This document shows positions 1 through 9,310 of a DNA stretch of 64,000 nt, piece after piece; position 1 is the stretch's first letter; each line of letters opens with the position of its first letter. The translations under genes and the position numbers were made by a program. The notes beneath the pieces were generated by a model that saw nothing but the letters and a program-made list of their open reading frames with translations, was not told the DNA's origin and ran no database searches. The stretch comes from an uncultured Duncaniella sp. (lineage in GTDB: Bacteria > Bacteroidota > Bacteroidia > Bacteroidales > Muribaculaceae), in assembly GCA_910587165.1 (NCBI GenBank), contig CAJUKP010000005.1, positions 5,050-69,049 of the forward strand, written 5' to 3'.

Positions 1-518
1 AGAAGCTCCTCCACCGTAAGCTTGTCGCCGGTGGCGAATGCGTCAAGATAGGTGGATAGACGCTGCTCGGCACCGGCGGTGAGATCCATGCCGGTGACGT
101 TGATCAGATACTCACCCTCGTTGGCGACGAAGATGACGGTCTTGGTGTCGTTGCGCTTCACCTTGAACTCATACCTTCCGGCAGAGACGGCATTTTCTCC
201 GGTGGTGACGATGCGGTTATATTCCACATTGCTGTCGCCGTCGAGTATGATGATGCGGAGCTGTTCGATGTTCTCACCCTTGATGCCCCACTTGTCTGCC
301 TCATAGTCGAAGCCCTCGAACCCGTCCGGGACAGCGGCCCTCGAGGCCGTGGAGACCCCGGAACCGTTGACGCTCACCGTCAGCACCAACCGGCACATCC
401 CGTCGCCCTGAGCAGGCAGAGGGGAGTCGGCGCCGTCCGACGAGCATCCCGTCAGGCCTCCCGCCATGATGAGCAGGAGTGACGCGGCCATGATGATATG
501 TCTGAGTCGTTGTTTCAT
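1..518 (-). CDS. Type V pilus accessory/tip-type pilin lipoprotein (3' end runs off the window)
   Basis: Not in the ORF track (open at edge). Manual translation from ATG at 518: MKQRLRHIIMAASLLLIMAGGLTGCSSDG...VSTASRAAVPDG...ENIEQLRIII...VIFVANE. It has a lipobox (LTGC), an SR|A propeptide-type site and a pilin-like VAN motif, and lies directly downstream of the Mfa2-like gene. Confidence 0.75.
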   Translation of the reverse strand, partial: MKQRLRHIIMAASLLLIMAGGLTGCSSDGADSPLPAQGDGMCRLVLTVSVNGSGVSTASRAAVPDGFEGFDYEADKWGIKGENIEQLRIIILDGDSNVEYNRIVTTGENAVSAGRYEFKVKRNDTKTVIFVANEGEYLINVTGMDLTAGAEQRLSTYLDAFATGDKLTVEEL

Positions 519-545
519 TTTTCAGGGTTGCTGCCGTGCCCGGGG

Positions 546-1598
546 TCAGGGCTGCATATTTATGTCGTTGATTCTCACTATCCAGTCGTTGACCTTGATA
601 TATGCCTGGTTCCAGTGCATGGGGTCGTCGAGGAAGAAATAGAGAGGCCAGTCGCTCTTGCGGTCAAGGAACTCCTGGTCGCCACACCATCCGAAGTGCT
701 CGCTGCGGAGGATGAGCAGATAATTGTTGATGGGTATGTCGATGATGTCATTGCCTGAGGCGCGGTGTGTCACCACGAGCTTGGGGGAGCGGGAGGTCAT
801 GAGCCTCGAAGTGCTCAGGTCGGCATAGGCCACCTTCACCTCTGTGATGGTGCGCGCGGCAGGATCGGAGGGATCGGCCGTGGTGCCGGTCGAGATGGCC
901 CCGGAGGCCCATGGTGTATATGTCACAGTCCCGTTGTCGACGAGATTGTTGGAATGGTCAAACAGAGTGTTGTCGTCGACGATGCGGAAGTCATAGTCGC
1001 GTCCGTCGAGCGGCTCGTAGGAGAGATTCTGGAGTATGATGCGGAAATGATTGGTGTTTTTCATCATTTTCACTGTGACCGTCGGACGCTCGGGGGCCAT
1101 GCGGACCTCGGTTTTCAGCGAGCCGTAGAAGTGGTCGTGGAGATGCCCCTTGGGGCTGCCGGGGCGCAGGCATTCGGCGTTGAGCTTCATGCCCACCTCG
1201 GTGTCGAGCGATCCCTCGGCGGGGATGGCGGTGTGGCTGAACGATGCCTCGCCGCATTCGGCGCCGCCGTAGGCTATGAGGCGGTAGGAACCTTCGGGCA
1301 GATCGAGGGTCATGCGGTAGTCCTCGTCGGCCAGCACATCGGTGGTCTCGGTGCGGGTGGCCACATAGCGGCCCTCCGAGTCATAGATGTGGAGCGTCAG
1401 GCAGTCCACCTGGGCGGGGAATGCGTTGGCCCTCTCGAGGTTGTAGTCAAATACGAATCTCACCTCCAGCCCAACGGGACACGGCTCCGGTTCGTCATCA
1501 AGGATGGCGCTGCAGCCCGTGAGCGACAGCGCGGCCGCCGCCGTGGACATGATAACCATAATGGGTCGGACAATCAGTCGTGTAAAAGTCTCTTTCAT
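546..1598 (-). CDS. FimB/Mfa2-family fimbrial anchor/assembly lipoprotein
   Basis: Lipobox LTGC, 'PCPVGLEVRFVFDYNL...AF...VD...L.IYD..G' N-terminus, C-terminal 'QEFLDR..W...FFLD...W....IKVNDW' typical of Mfa2-like proteins; follows Mfa1. Confidence 0.85.
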   Translation of the reverse strand: MKETFTRLIVRPIMVIMSTAAAALSLTGCSAILDDEPEPCPVGLEVRFVFDYNLERANAFPAQVDCLTLHIYDSEGRYVATRTETTDVLADEDYRMTLDLPEGSYRLIAYGGAECGEASFSHTAIPAEGSLDTEVGMKLNAECLRPGSPKGHLHDHFYGSLKTEVRMAPERPTVTVKMMKNTNHFRIILQNLSYEPLDGRDYDFRIVDDNTLFDHSNNLVDNGTVTYTPWASGAISTGTTADPSDPAARTITEVKVAYADLSTSRLMTSRSPKLVVTHRASGNDIIDIPINNYLLILRSEHFGWCGDQEFLDRKSDWPLYFFLDDPMHWNQAYIKVNDWIVRINDINMQP

Positions 1599-1674
1599 CG
1601 GAAATCTTATGGTTCCTCCTTTATATGCGTGGAGGGGGAGGGTTGGAGATAATTGGTGTTTTTTTAATTTGAAA

Positions 1675-1717
1675 AAGCGGAGGCGACCCGGGAGACGGCC
1701 CTTGGCCGCCTCCGCTT
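1675..1717 (-). terminator. Intrinsic terminator/attenuator between mfa1 and mfa2
   Basis: Minus strand AAGCGGAGGCGGCC-loop-GGTCGCCTCCGCTT followed by a T run (TTTTTC). Confidence 0.7.
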
Positions 1718-1751
1718 GAGGGAGTTGAAGCAGCGTCAGGCTGCCTTTTTA

Positions 1752-3518
1752 TCAGAATTCAATCGAGTTGATGCGGACCATCCAGGGCACTACGCGGCAG
1801 GATACGCGGAAGTAAACCTTCTCCTCTTCATCGGGATCATCAGGATCCTCGGGATCGGGATCGTCACCGGGATTGTCGGTGTGGCCGAAGTCGGAGATCG
1901 AGGTCACGGAGAGCTTGTAGACATTGTTGCGCACGGTGGCGAACTCCATCGCAGCCATCAGACCGTTGTTGCCATTGTCGTTGTGGCGGTTGCGGTAGAG
2001 ATAGTACACGTAGTAGTGGCCATCGGTATCGGGACGGAGAATCTTGAATGTGTTGGCGTTCTGATCAGCGGTACAATCGGCGATTGTCTCGGTGAAATTG
2101 CCGTCCTCATCCTTTTCAAGTGAGTTCTCGCCGAACACCTTGAGGAATTTAGCACGGAAATTGGATGATTCGGTCTGATTTGCGGCAGCGGCACGGAGAG
2201 CCTCGAGATCTCCATAGTAGACGCCATCGTAGCCATAGACTACAGCCTTGGCAGTCATGGCCTTGGCAAGATTGCTCTCAGCCTTGGGGTTGACGATCTC
2301 AGCCTTGAAGATAACGCCGGTAGAGATGCCTTTCTTCTGAGCAGCCACAGCCGGGATGGTATTCTCGGTTACATAACGCCATATTTTGTAGTCCTTGATA
2401 CCGCTGTTGCCCGGGCCCCAGTTCTCATCATTGTCATCCTCACCGTCGAATGTAGCCAGATCGGTATAATTGAAGTAGTTCTCATCAGAGTAACTCGGCG
2501 AGTTGGCAGGCAGAGGTGTCTGATACTGATATTTGCCAAAAAGCGAAGTAGCCACGTTGACAGTGGAACCGTTTTTCGCAGCATAGTTGGGCGATACTAC
2601 CCAGTTGGTCGGAGTCTCAATGCCACAGATTGTCCAACCATCGCCGGTTTCGTCATTAGTACCGTCAGCAGAAACGCGGGGAAGATAGTAGAAGTCTTTC
2701 GCAATGTTGACAGGAGCCATGGCAAGAAGCTTGACCTGAGCGATAAGTGCAGCTGCCGGATCCTTTATATTGCCTTTATCATCCTTCTCTGCATTCACGT
2801 CATGCACATCATAGAGATTGTTGTTGATCTGCTTGAAGTCAAAACGTGCAACCACGCGGGCCACCCTTACCTCTCCGAGATAGAAAGCCTTCTCGGGCTT
2901 GTTGTGATCTTTGAACAGATTGTCCTTACCGGGAAGTGTAACAGATGGCACATCCTCGTCCTGGGTGGTGCGGGAAGCATTGGTCATAAGGAAATGATCG
3001 TCCGACCAGGGAGCCTCGGCTTTGGCAACACTTGCAGAAGCTTCAAGAGAGCCGATAGCTGTCATAAGATCGGTCTCTTTGTCAAATGTCTTGTTGCTGT
3101 TGCAGATAGCGAAGATATTGACAGTCTCGCCGGCGATTGTGATAAGATCCTCGTTCTGGAACAGGACGGTATAGGATTTTGTGTTGCCCTGTGTGGTAGA
3201 TGTGAGCACATCGGCAGCCGACTGGCTCACGGCCTTTATACTATACTTACCATCGGCAGTCTTGGTGGCGAGAAGAATTGTGAGGGAGGTGATTGTGTTC
3301 TCGCGATCCTTGCCATACTCGAAACCGTCGCTGGAGTTGGTGTTCTCGGTGGGAGGAGCGATGGTCTCGCTACGGCTGCCGGTAGCGAAGGAGAGGCGGA
3401 TGGTGGCGTAGGTGTCACCGTTCTGCCCTGCATCGGGAGCTGCGGGAGCGTCCTCGTTGGAGCAGGCTGAGAGGGTCAGCAGGGAGAGTGCTCCAAACAG
3501 ATACTTTTTGAAGTTCAT
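1752..3518 (-). CDS. Mfa1-family major fimbrial (type V pilin) subunit
   Basis: Lipobox LSAC, 'GSR|SE' propeptide-type site, 'FLMTN', 'RVVARFDF', 'YVTENT', 'VRNNVYKLSV', Pro/Asp-rich linker and terminal 'V.CRVVPW.VR' donor strands. Confidence 0.9.
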   Translation of the reverse strand: MNFKKYLFGALSLLTLSACSNEDAPAAPDAGQNGDTYATIRLSFATGSRSETIAPPTENTNSSDGFEYGKDRENTITSLTILLATKTADGKYSIKAVSQSAADVLTSTTQGNTKSYTVLFQNEDLITIAGETVNIFAICNSNKTFDKETDLMTAIGSLEASASVAKAEAPWSDDHFLMTNASRTTQDEDVPSVTLPGKDNLFKDHNKPEKAFYLGEVRVARVVARFDFKQINNNLYDVHDVNAEKDDKGNIKDPAAALIAQVKLLAMAPVNIAKDFYYLPRVSADGTNDETGDGWTICGIETPTNWVVSPNYAAKNGSTVNVATSLFGKYQYQTPLPANSPSYSDENYFNYTDLATFDGEDDNDENWGPGNSGIKDYKIWRYVTENTIPAVAAQKKGISTGVIFKAEIVNPKAESNLAKAMTAKAVVYGYDGVYYGDLEALRAAAANQTESSNFRAKFLKVFGENSLEKDEDGNFTETIADCTADQNANTFKILRPDTDGHYYVYYLYRNRHNDNGNNGLMAAMEFATVRNNVYKLSVTSISDFGHTDNPGDDPDPEDPDDPDEEEKVYFRVSCRVVPWMVRINSIEF

Positions 3519-3581
3519 AGAGTGATGTAATTAAGTTGGTTATTTTGTTTGTTTTCTTTATTCGTTATCTCAGGGAATGTG

Positions 3582-5048
3582 TCAGTCAAGGAGAGCCTTG
3601 TTTTTCTGTGCTTCGGGGAGTGAAGCGGCGGCGTCGAAGTGACGGCGGGCGGCGTCGAAGTCACGTTCGTGGACGGCGAGTACACCCCGTGCATTCTCGG
3701 CCTCGGGCGAATTGCCGCTACGGCTCAGGCAGAGGGCGGCACGGTCCAGATCTCCGCTGTGGATGGCAGCTATAGCCGCATTGAGGTTGGCCACAGGGTC
3801 GGCGGGATAGAATTTCAGGGCGGTGGCTATCACATTGTCAAACTCGGGCGAGCCCTCGGGATAGAGCCTTGCGACACGGAACATCTGGTTGAGCGTCATA
3901 AGCTCGGGGGTGGTCCTGATCACCTCGGCAAGCTTCTCATCGCTCATGGGGCGCAGACGTGTGCTGATGGCAAACTTGGTGGCGCGGAGCAGCGGGAACC
4001 ATTTGGGGAGTATGGTCGAGCGGTAGAGCGAGGCAAATTTCGGCGAGGTCTTGAGCTCGCGCTCCTTGGCGTCGAAATCCGAAGCTCCGTAGGTGGGACG
4101 GTCGATGAGCTCGAGCAGGTCGGCGCGCTGTGCGGGGGTCAGCTCGGGAGACTTCTCGACTATCTCGCGGAACTCACCCCAGTTCTCGGGCACCGACGAA
4201 TAGGTGCAGCGGTCGGCGGGAAGGCTGTATTTCTCGCCAAGATACTCGGCCAGCGCCCGCGAGCGGTTGGTGGCCAGGTATTCGTTGTGGAGATAGGGGG
4301 ACTCGGGCGACGCATAGCCGCATACGTTGATGGCGGCGATCTCCACGTTGGGATCCGAGAGAGCGTAGGTCACGGAGTCGTCGATCACCTTGAGCTGAGC
4401 GCGGTTGTCGATCTGCTGACCGTTGCGGCAGCGGTAGGGGACGGCGTGGAGCTCGGTGCGGTCGACCTCGAACTGCACCCTCGCCTTGCCCTCGTGGATG
4501 GTGACAGGGAGTTCGGTCACCTCGGGGGTGATATAGGTGAGGCGCATACGCGGCGCGGGGTTGAGATTGAGCGGGAGCGGGGGGAGCATGGCGCGTCCGT
4601 AGGCGTTGCCGCAGCCGCAGGTGTCGACCATGACGGCTATCGAGGCGGCATCGTCCATCATCCAGGGGAGGATGGGTGTGGAGGCTGAGTAGGCCACCGA
4701 CTGGGGAGTGCCGTTGAGGCGGCGCACCTCCTTGTAGAGATCGGTGTGGTTGCCGGAATCGGCCAGGGTGCCGCGGAGCCACGCGTAGTGCATATTGCGT
4801 CCGTTGACGAGCACCGAGGGGAGCTCCACCACGGCAGCGCCGGCGCCGTCGGTCACCACGGGGGTGAGATAGAACTGGCGGTTGGAGGGGAGGTCGAGCG
4901 AGTCGAGCACAAAGTCGGCCGACACGAGCAGGGTGCCGTCGAGACGGTGGAACTTGAGATTGTCAACTCTCATGCTGCCCTGATTGCTGACGGCAGATGC
5001 CGTGAGAGACATCCAGACGATGATCAGGAGGTAAGAAAAGCGTTTCAT
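3582..5048 (-). CDS. DUF3868 / OmpA-like / TPR outer-membrane-associated pilus-locus protein
   Basis: Signal peptide, 'LTPV', OmpA-like 'GYASPE..Y..N..LA..R..AL..YL', 'ENW', and C-terminal 'ANLNAA...NARGV' TPR-like helices; usual neighbour of Mfa loci. Confidence 0.85.
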   Translation of the reverse strand: MKRFSYLLIIVWMSLTASAVSNQGSMRVDNLKFHRLDGTLLVSADFVLDSLDLPSNRQFYLTPVVTDGAGAAVVELPSVLVNGRNMHYAWLRGTLADSGNHTDLYKEVRRLNGTPQSVAYSASTPILPWMMDDAASIAVMVDTCGCGNAYGRAMLPPLPLNLNPAPRMRLTYITPEVTELPVTIHEGKARVQFEVDRTELHAVPYRCRNGQQIDNRAQLKVIDDSVTYALSDPNVEIAAINVCGYASPESPYLHNEYLATNRSRALAEYLGEKYSLPADRCTYSSVPENWGEFREIVEKSPELTPAQRADLLELIDRPTYGASDFDAKERELKTSPKFASLYRSTILPKWFPLLRATKFAISTRLRPMSDEKLAEVIRTTPELMTLNQMFRVARLYPEGSPEFDNVIATALKFYPADPVANLNAAIAAIHSGDLDRAALCLSRSGNSPEAENARGVLAVHERDFDAARRHFDAAASLPEAQKNKALLD

Positions 5049-5089
5049 AAGCGATGAGCGGGGGGTGATAAAACGTCCGGGATGAATGA

Positions 5090-5698
5090 TCAGAAAATAT
5101 AGAGGAACGAGAGTCCGAGCTTGGTGATGCCGGCATAGTTTGTGTGGCCCGATTTGATCTTGCCCTCACACTCGCCGCAGCCATACTTGTCATACCATAC
5201 GTAGTTGTAGCCCACGCCTATCTCAGCCTCGAGGTTCCAGTGGCGCGAGAGGGTCCATTGGTAACCGTAGGTGAGGCCTGCTCCGGCAAATCCTCCCTGG
5301 TAGCGCGAATGGCGCGCACCCGAGCGGATGTTGTCGCCTCCGAAGAAGCCACCGGGAAGGGGGATGGATACATTTGAAGCGTTGAACTGGCCTCCCATGG
5401 CGTGGACGCCGAAGAAATGGCCGTTGAACACCGTACAGGGCCACCAGCGGTATTCGGGCATGAGTACCCAGAACTTGGCCTTGCGCTTGCCATGTGTGTC
5501 GGAGTCGAAACTCCAGGGATTGATGCCGTAGACCAGATTGACAGAGGAGCGCATACCAAGCGAGGCCTCAGCTCCGATGTTGGGGGTGAGGGTCATGTCT
5601 GTCAGCAAGTTTGTCTTGACGGCTACTGTCTGGGCCTGTGTGTAGGTCGCACAAAAGCACAGCAGCAATGCCATGATAAATACTCTAACTCGAACCAT
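5090..5698 (-). CDS. DUF3575 beta-barrel outer membrane protein
   Basis: 'VAVKTNLL.D...TPN.G.E', 'PEYRWW.C..FNGHF.G.H', 'G.TYGYQW.L..HWNLE.EIG.GY', 'TKLGLSFLYIF'. Confidence 0.9.
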   Translation of the reverse strand: MVRVRVFIMALLLCFCATYTQAQTVAVKTNLLTDMTLTPNIGAEASLGMRSSVNLVYGINPWSFDSDTHGKRKAKFWVLMPEYRWWPCTVFNGHFFGVHAMGGQFNASNVSIPLPGGFFGGDNIRSGARHSRYQGGFAGAGLTYGYQWTLSRHWNLEAEIGVGYNYVWYDKYGCGECEGKIKSGHTNYAGITKLGLSFLYIF

Positions 5699-5845
5699 TA
5701 TATGAGATTAATTCAAACAAATACTCAAAAAAGCGTGTAGGTTAAGCCAGGTATCGTAGAGTAGTTATTACTATGTGATGTGTTTCAGGTTTAAAAACGG
5801 AGTATCCCGGAAACCGGGGCTCACGACTGCAGAGTGTTTTCGACT

Positions 5846-5853
5846 GCAAAATT
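5846..5853 (-). promoter_or_regulatory. Bacteroidota sigmaA -7 element for the pilus operon
   Basis: Reverse complement TAATTTTG matches TAnnTTTG, about 150 nt upstream of the DUF3575 start. Confidence 0.5.
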
Positions 5854-5982
5854 ACCACCAGTCAGAGCGTTTTTTCAAATAATTCATGTTAAAATATTTT
5901 AATAAAAGTGTTAATTTCACATCCGGCCCTTTGGGAACATGACAAAAGAAGATAAAAAAATACCATCCACACACACCGGACA

Positions 5983-6014
5983 TTTGCACAGCTCGGGAAA
6001 AGTTTGTAACTTTG
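5983..6014 (+). promoter_or_regulatory. sigmaA promoter (-33 TTTG / -7 TAACTTTG) for tRNA-Leu
   Basis: TTTG at 5983-5986, 20-nt spacer, TAACTTTG at 6007-6014. Confidence 0.65.
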
Positions 6015-6030
6015 CATTACATAAAATCCC

Positions 6031-6112
6031 GCGCATGTGGCGTAATTGGTAGCCGCGTTAGACTTAGGATCTAATGACTCCGGTCGTGGGGGTTCGAGTC
6101 CCTTCATGCGCA
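6031..6112 (+). tRNA. tRNA-Leu, anticodon TAG
   Basis: Acceptor GCGCATG/CATGCGC + A, D-loop AATTGGTA, anticodon arm TTAGA-CTTAGGA-TCTAA, long variable arm, T-arm GGGGG-TTCGAGT-CCCTT; CCA not encoded. Confidence 0.97.
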
Positions 6113-6154
6113 CTTTCTCCACAGACCGCAAGGTCTGTAAGGGAACGACAAGAC

Positions 6155-6188
6155 AGAAGGAGCAGACCGACATCGGCCTGCTCCTTCT
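6155..6188. terminator. Stem-loop/terminator after tRNA-Leu
   Basis: AGAAGGAGCAG / CTGCTCCTTCT perfect 11-bp arms followed by an AT run; a smaller ACAGACC-GCAA-GGTCTGT hairpin lies at 6121-6138. Confidence 0.6.
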
Positions 6189-6198
6189 TATATATTAC

Positions 6199-6362
6199 TT
6201 AAATTACCGGTCAGGACAAGGGTACATAAAAACAAAGGGACAAAAGAAACATAATTTTATTTTTTGTTCAGATATTATCAACTTGATTAATCTGACTCAA
6301 AAATTATTTTGTTTCTTTTGTCCCTTTGTTTTTATGTACCCTTGTCCTGACCGGTAATTTAA
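6199..6362. repeat. Long palindromic element, copy 1 (53-bp perfect inverted repeats)
   Basis: 6199-6251 TTAAATTACCGGTCAGGACAAGGGTACATAAAAACAAAGGGACAAAAGAAACA is the exact reverse complement of 6310-6362; the AT-rich interior also pairs imperfectly. Confidence 0.95.
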
Positions 6363-6398
6363 CGGTTTCTATGGGTCACCGGGCGGAGTATATACGTG

Positions 6399-9230
6399 TT
6401 ACTTGGCGGGATCGAGCACAACCACACGGTAGTTGCCCTGGCCGTTGATGTTCTTCATGAAGTTCATCACATCGGCGGGAGTGATGGAGTTGACTGTCTC
6501 GATGTTGCCGTTGAAGGTATCCACACCGTTCATTGAGGTGCCCATGAGAGCGCCGAGCCATGAGGAGTTCTTCTCCTTGCCTTCGGTGTAGGTCTTCACG
6601 AGATATTCCTTGACGGGAGCGAGCTCCTCATCCTTGACATTCTTCTCCATCTCCTTGAACTGGCCGTGGATAAAGGTGAGAACCTCATCCTTCATCTCGG
6701 GCTTCATGGGGAACTGGCTCGAGAGCGAGGCGGTCCAGATGCCCTCGCGCGAGGGATGTCCGCTGGCCCAGATCGAGTAGACCGCACCCATATCCTCGCG
6801 CACTGTCTCGATGAGACGCTTGGTGAGGATCTGGCCTGCCGCGTCGGAGAGAACGGAGTTGATGGCGGTATAGGGAGTCGAGCTGCTCTCGATGATGGCC
6901 ACCTGGGTTTGGGGTGTCGCCATGGGGGTGGTGAAGGTGTCGATGCCCTCGCCTGCCTTCACGAAGAATGCGGGGTCATACTTGGGCTGGCCGAGAGTGG
7001 TCTTGGCATCGCCGGGAAGTGAGGCGATATAGGTCTCCACAAGGGGCTTGAGAGCCTCGATGTCGATATTGCCGACGAAGAAGAAGGTATAGTTGGCGGC
7101 ATTGGCGGTCACATCGTGGGCAAGCTTGATGATCTGCTCGCGCTTGGCGCCTTCGATGGCGGCCGAGCTCAGAGTCTGGCGGAAGGGGCTTGCATAGAGA
7201 GCCTTTCTGAAGTCACGCTCGAAGATGTATTCGGGATTGCTTTCCTGGTTGGACAGGAAGCCGGCGTATGCCTTCTGGAGGGCGGCAAACTCATCCTCGG
7301 TGAACTGCACATCCTTGAATCCCATGTAGATGAGCTCCATGAGTGTGGCGACATCCTTGGGAGTGGTGGTGCCGGACATGGTGGTGCGGTAGGCGTCGAT
7401 GCCGATGCTGAGCTGTGCCTGCTTTCCGGCGAGATACTTCTGCAGATCGGTGTTGGTGTAGGTGCCGAGACCGAAAGATCCCATGAAGAGAGGCATGGCG
7501 ATGATGGAGTTGGCATAGTCGGCGGGGCATCCTGCATAGCCTCCGAGACCGGTGGCTCCGAAAAGGATCTCATCGTTCTTGAACTTGGTGGACTTGATGA
7601 TCACCTTCGCACCGTTCGAAAGGGTCCACTCGGTGGTGCCCCATGTGGTGTTCTCCTTGGACGACACGATCTTGCCGGCCACGGGAGCGGAGGGGATGAG
7701 TGGCTCGGCCTTCTGCTCGTCGACAAACGGCTCGATGGTCTCGGCGTCAACCGCTGCCAGAGCGGCTGCGATGGCCTCCTTGGTGGGGAGAGTGTAGCCC
7801 TCCTTCTCGGGAGCTATCACGAGGATGGCACGGTTGTCGGGAGTGATTATCTCGCCCATGGCCTGGTTGATGGCCTCGACGGGGAGCATGGCTGCGAGCT
7901 GCTGGATGATCTGCCAGTCAGTCTCGATGCCGGGGATAGCCTCGCCATTGGTGAAATTGCGCACGTATTCCTGCACATAGTCTTCATTCTCACGCGAGTC
8001 GCGGTTGTTATACTGCTTCTCGATAGCCGAGAGATACTTGGCCTTGGCGCGGTCATACTCGCCGTGGGTGAAACCGCCGCGCTGTGCGCGGAGAATCTCG
8101 CGGTAGACAGCCTGGAGAGGCTCGATGATGTCGTTGCCCTTGGCAGCGGTGAATCCGGCCATTGCCTCCTTGCTCTTTGAGATCATATAGTCGCCGAAGC
8201 CGACGCTTGCGCCTGCGAACGGAGCGTCAGGCTTGGAGCCGATCTCCTCGAGACGGGAGTTGAGCATCGAGGTCACCATTGCCTCCATATAATTGTTGAT
8301 GTAGCCCATCATGGAGTTCTTCTGCTCCTTGGGCAGAGGATCGGACAGGAACATGATCTCACCCATGAGCGACTCCTGCTCGGGATCGGATCCGATGCCG
8401 TAGAGAGTACCCTTGTGGTCGGGCACGGGCTCGTAGGTGCGGGGCTTTGCGTCGGCGGGCATCTCGATGGACGAGAACATTTCCTTGATCTTGTTCTCGA
8501 TACGGTCAACGTCAATATCGCCGACCACGATCACAGCCTGCTGGTCGGGACGATACCATGCCTCATAGTAGTCGCGGAGAGCCTTGGGAGGGAAGTTGTC
8601 CACAACCTCCATGGTGCCGATGGGCAGACGGTGGCCATACTTGGTGGTGGGATACAGATCAGGGAGCACACGCTCGAGGATACGCATCTGACCTACGTTG
8701 GACTGACGCCACTCCTCGTGGATCACACCGCGCTCCTTGTCGATCTCCTTGGGATCGAGAGTGAGGTCGTTGGCCCAGTCATGGAGAATGAGCAGACAGG
8801 AGTCCTGAACGCTCTCGCGGGCGATGGGAACATTCGAGATATTGTAGACAGTCTCGTCAACACCGGTATAGGCGTTGAGATTGGCTCCGAAACGCACACC
8901 GACTGTGGCCAGCCAGTCGCGGAGCTGATTGCCGGGGAAGTTGGTGGTGCCGTTGAAGCACATGTGCTCCAGGAAGTGGGCCAGACCACGCTGATGATCC
9001 TCCTCGAGAGCCGATCCGACATTCTGTGCGATGTAGAAGTCGGCCTGTCCCTTGGGATACTCATTGTGACGGATGTAATAGGTGAGACCGTTGGGGAGTT
9101 TGCCCATGCGCACGGCCGTATCCACCGGAAGGGGGGCCAGCATGGGGTTCTCACCCTGAGCCTTGGCAACACCCGGCAGCAGCATGACCACCGCTACGAC
9201 GAGCATTGCGAGATTGATAAGCTTTTTCAT
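6399..9230 (-). CDS. M16 (insulinase/PqqL-like) zinc peptidase, exported
   Basis: Signal peptide; 'GKLPNGLTYYIRHN', inverted zinc motif HFLEH, 'NAYT', 'KERGVIHEEWR'; second half begins 'LSNGAKV'. Confidence 0.93.
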   Translation of the reverse strand: MKKLINLAMLVVAVVMLLPGVAKAQGENPMLAPLPVDTAVRMGKLPNGLTYYIRHNEYPKGQADFYIAQNVGSALEEDHQRGLAHFLEHMCFNGTTNFPGNQLRDWLATVGVRFGANLNAYTGVDETVYNISNVPIARESVQDSCLLILHDWANDLTLDPKEIDKERGVIHEEWRQSNVGQMRILERVLPDLYPTTKYGHRLPIGTMEVVDNFPPKALRDYYEAWYRPDQQAVIVVGDIDVDRIENKIKEMFSSIEMPADAKPRTYEPVPDHKGTLYGIGSDPEQESLMGEIMFLSDPLPKEQKNSMMGYINNYMEAMVTSMLNSRLEEIGSKPDAPFAGASVGFGDYMISKSKEAMAGFTAAKGNDIIEPLQAVYREILRAQRGGFTHGEYDRAKAKYLSAIEKQYNNRDSRENEDYVQEYVRNFTNGEAIPGIETDWQIIQQLAAMLPVEAINQAMGEIITPDNRAILVIAPEKEGYTLPTKEAIAAALAAVDAETIEPFVDEQKAEPLIPSAPVAGKIVSSKENTTWGTTEWTLSNGAKVIIKSTKFKNDEILFGATGLGGYAGCPADYANSIIAMPLFMGSFGLGTYTNTDLQKYLAGKQAQLSIGIDAYRTTMSGTTTPKDVATLMELIYMGFKDVQFTEDEFAALQKAYAGFLSNQESNPEYIFERDFRKALYASPFRQTLSSAAIEGAKREQIIKLAHDVTANAANYTFFFVGNIDIEALKPLVETYIASLPGDAKTTLGQPKYDPAFFVKAGEGIDTFTTPMATPQTQVAIIESSSTPYTAINSVLSDAAGQILTKRLIETVREDMGAVYSIWASGHPSREGIWTASLSSQFPMKPEMKDEVLTFIHGQFKEMEKNVKDEELAPVKEYLVKTYTEGKEKNSSWLGALMGTSMNGVDTFNGNIETVNSITPADVMNFMKNINGQGNYRVVVLDPAK

Positions 9231-9310
9231 ATTGAGAAATTGAGTGATAAATTGATCTTTTTCCTATGTGACGGAGTTTTTTGCAATTAGTGACAGGACG
9301 GCCCGTTTGA

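Noticed and set aside
5699..6030. Invertible promoter for the pilus operon
   Set aside because: No flanking inverted repeats or recombinase seen; only a short direct CGACTGCA pair and a small hairpin.
6199..6362. CRISPR array or intact IS at the palindromes
   Set aside because: No repeat-spacer series, no cas genes and no transposase; the PD-(D/E)XK gene at 9.3 kb shows no clear Cas4-type C-terminal cysteine cluster.
6031..6400. tRNA-Leu as an occupied integration site
   Set aside because: No integrase and no second copy of the tRNA 3' end noticed in the window.
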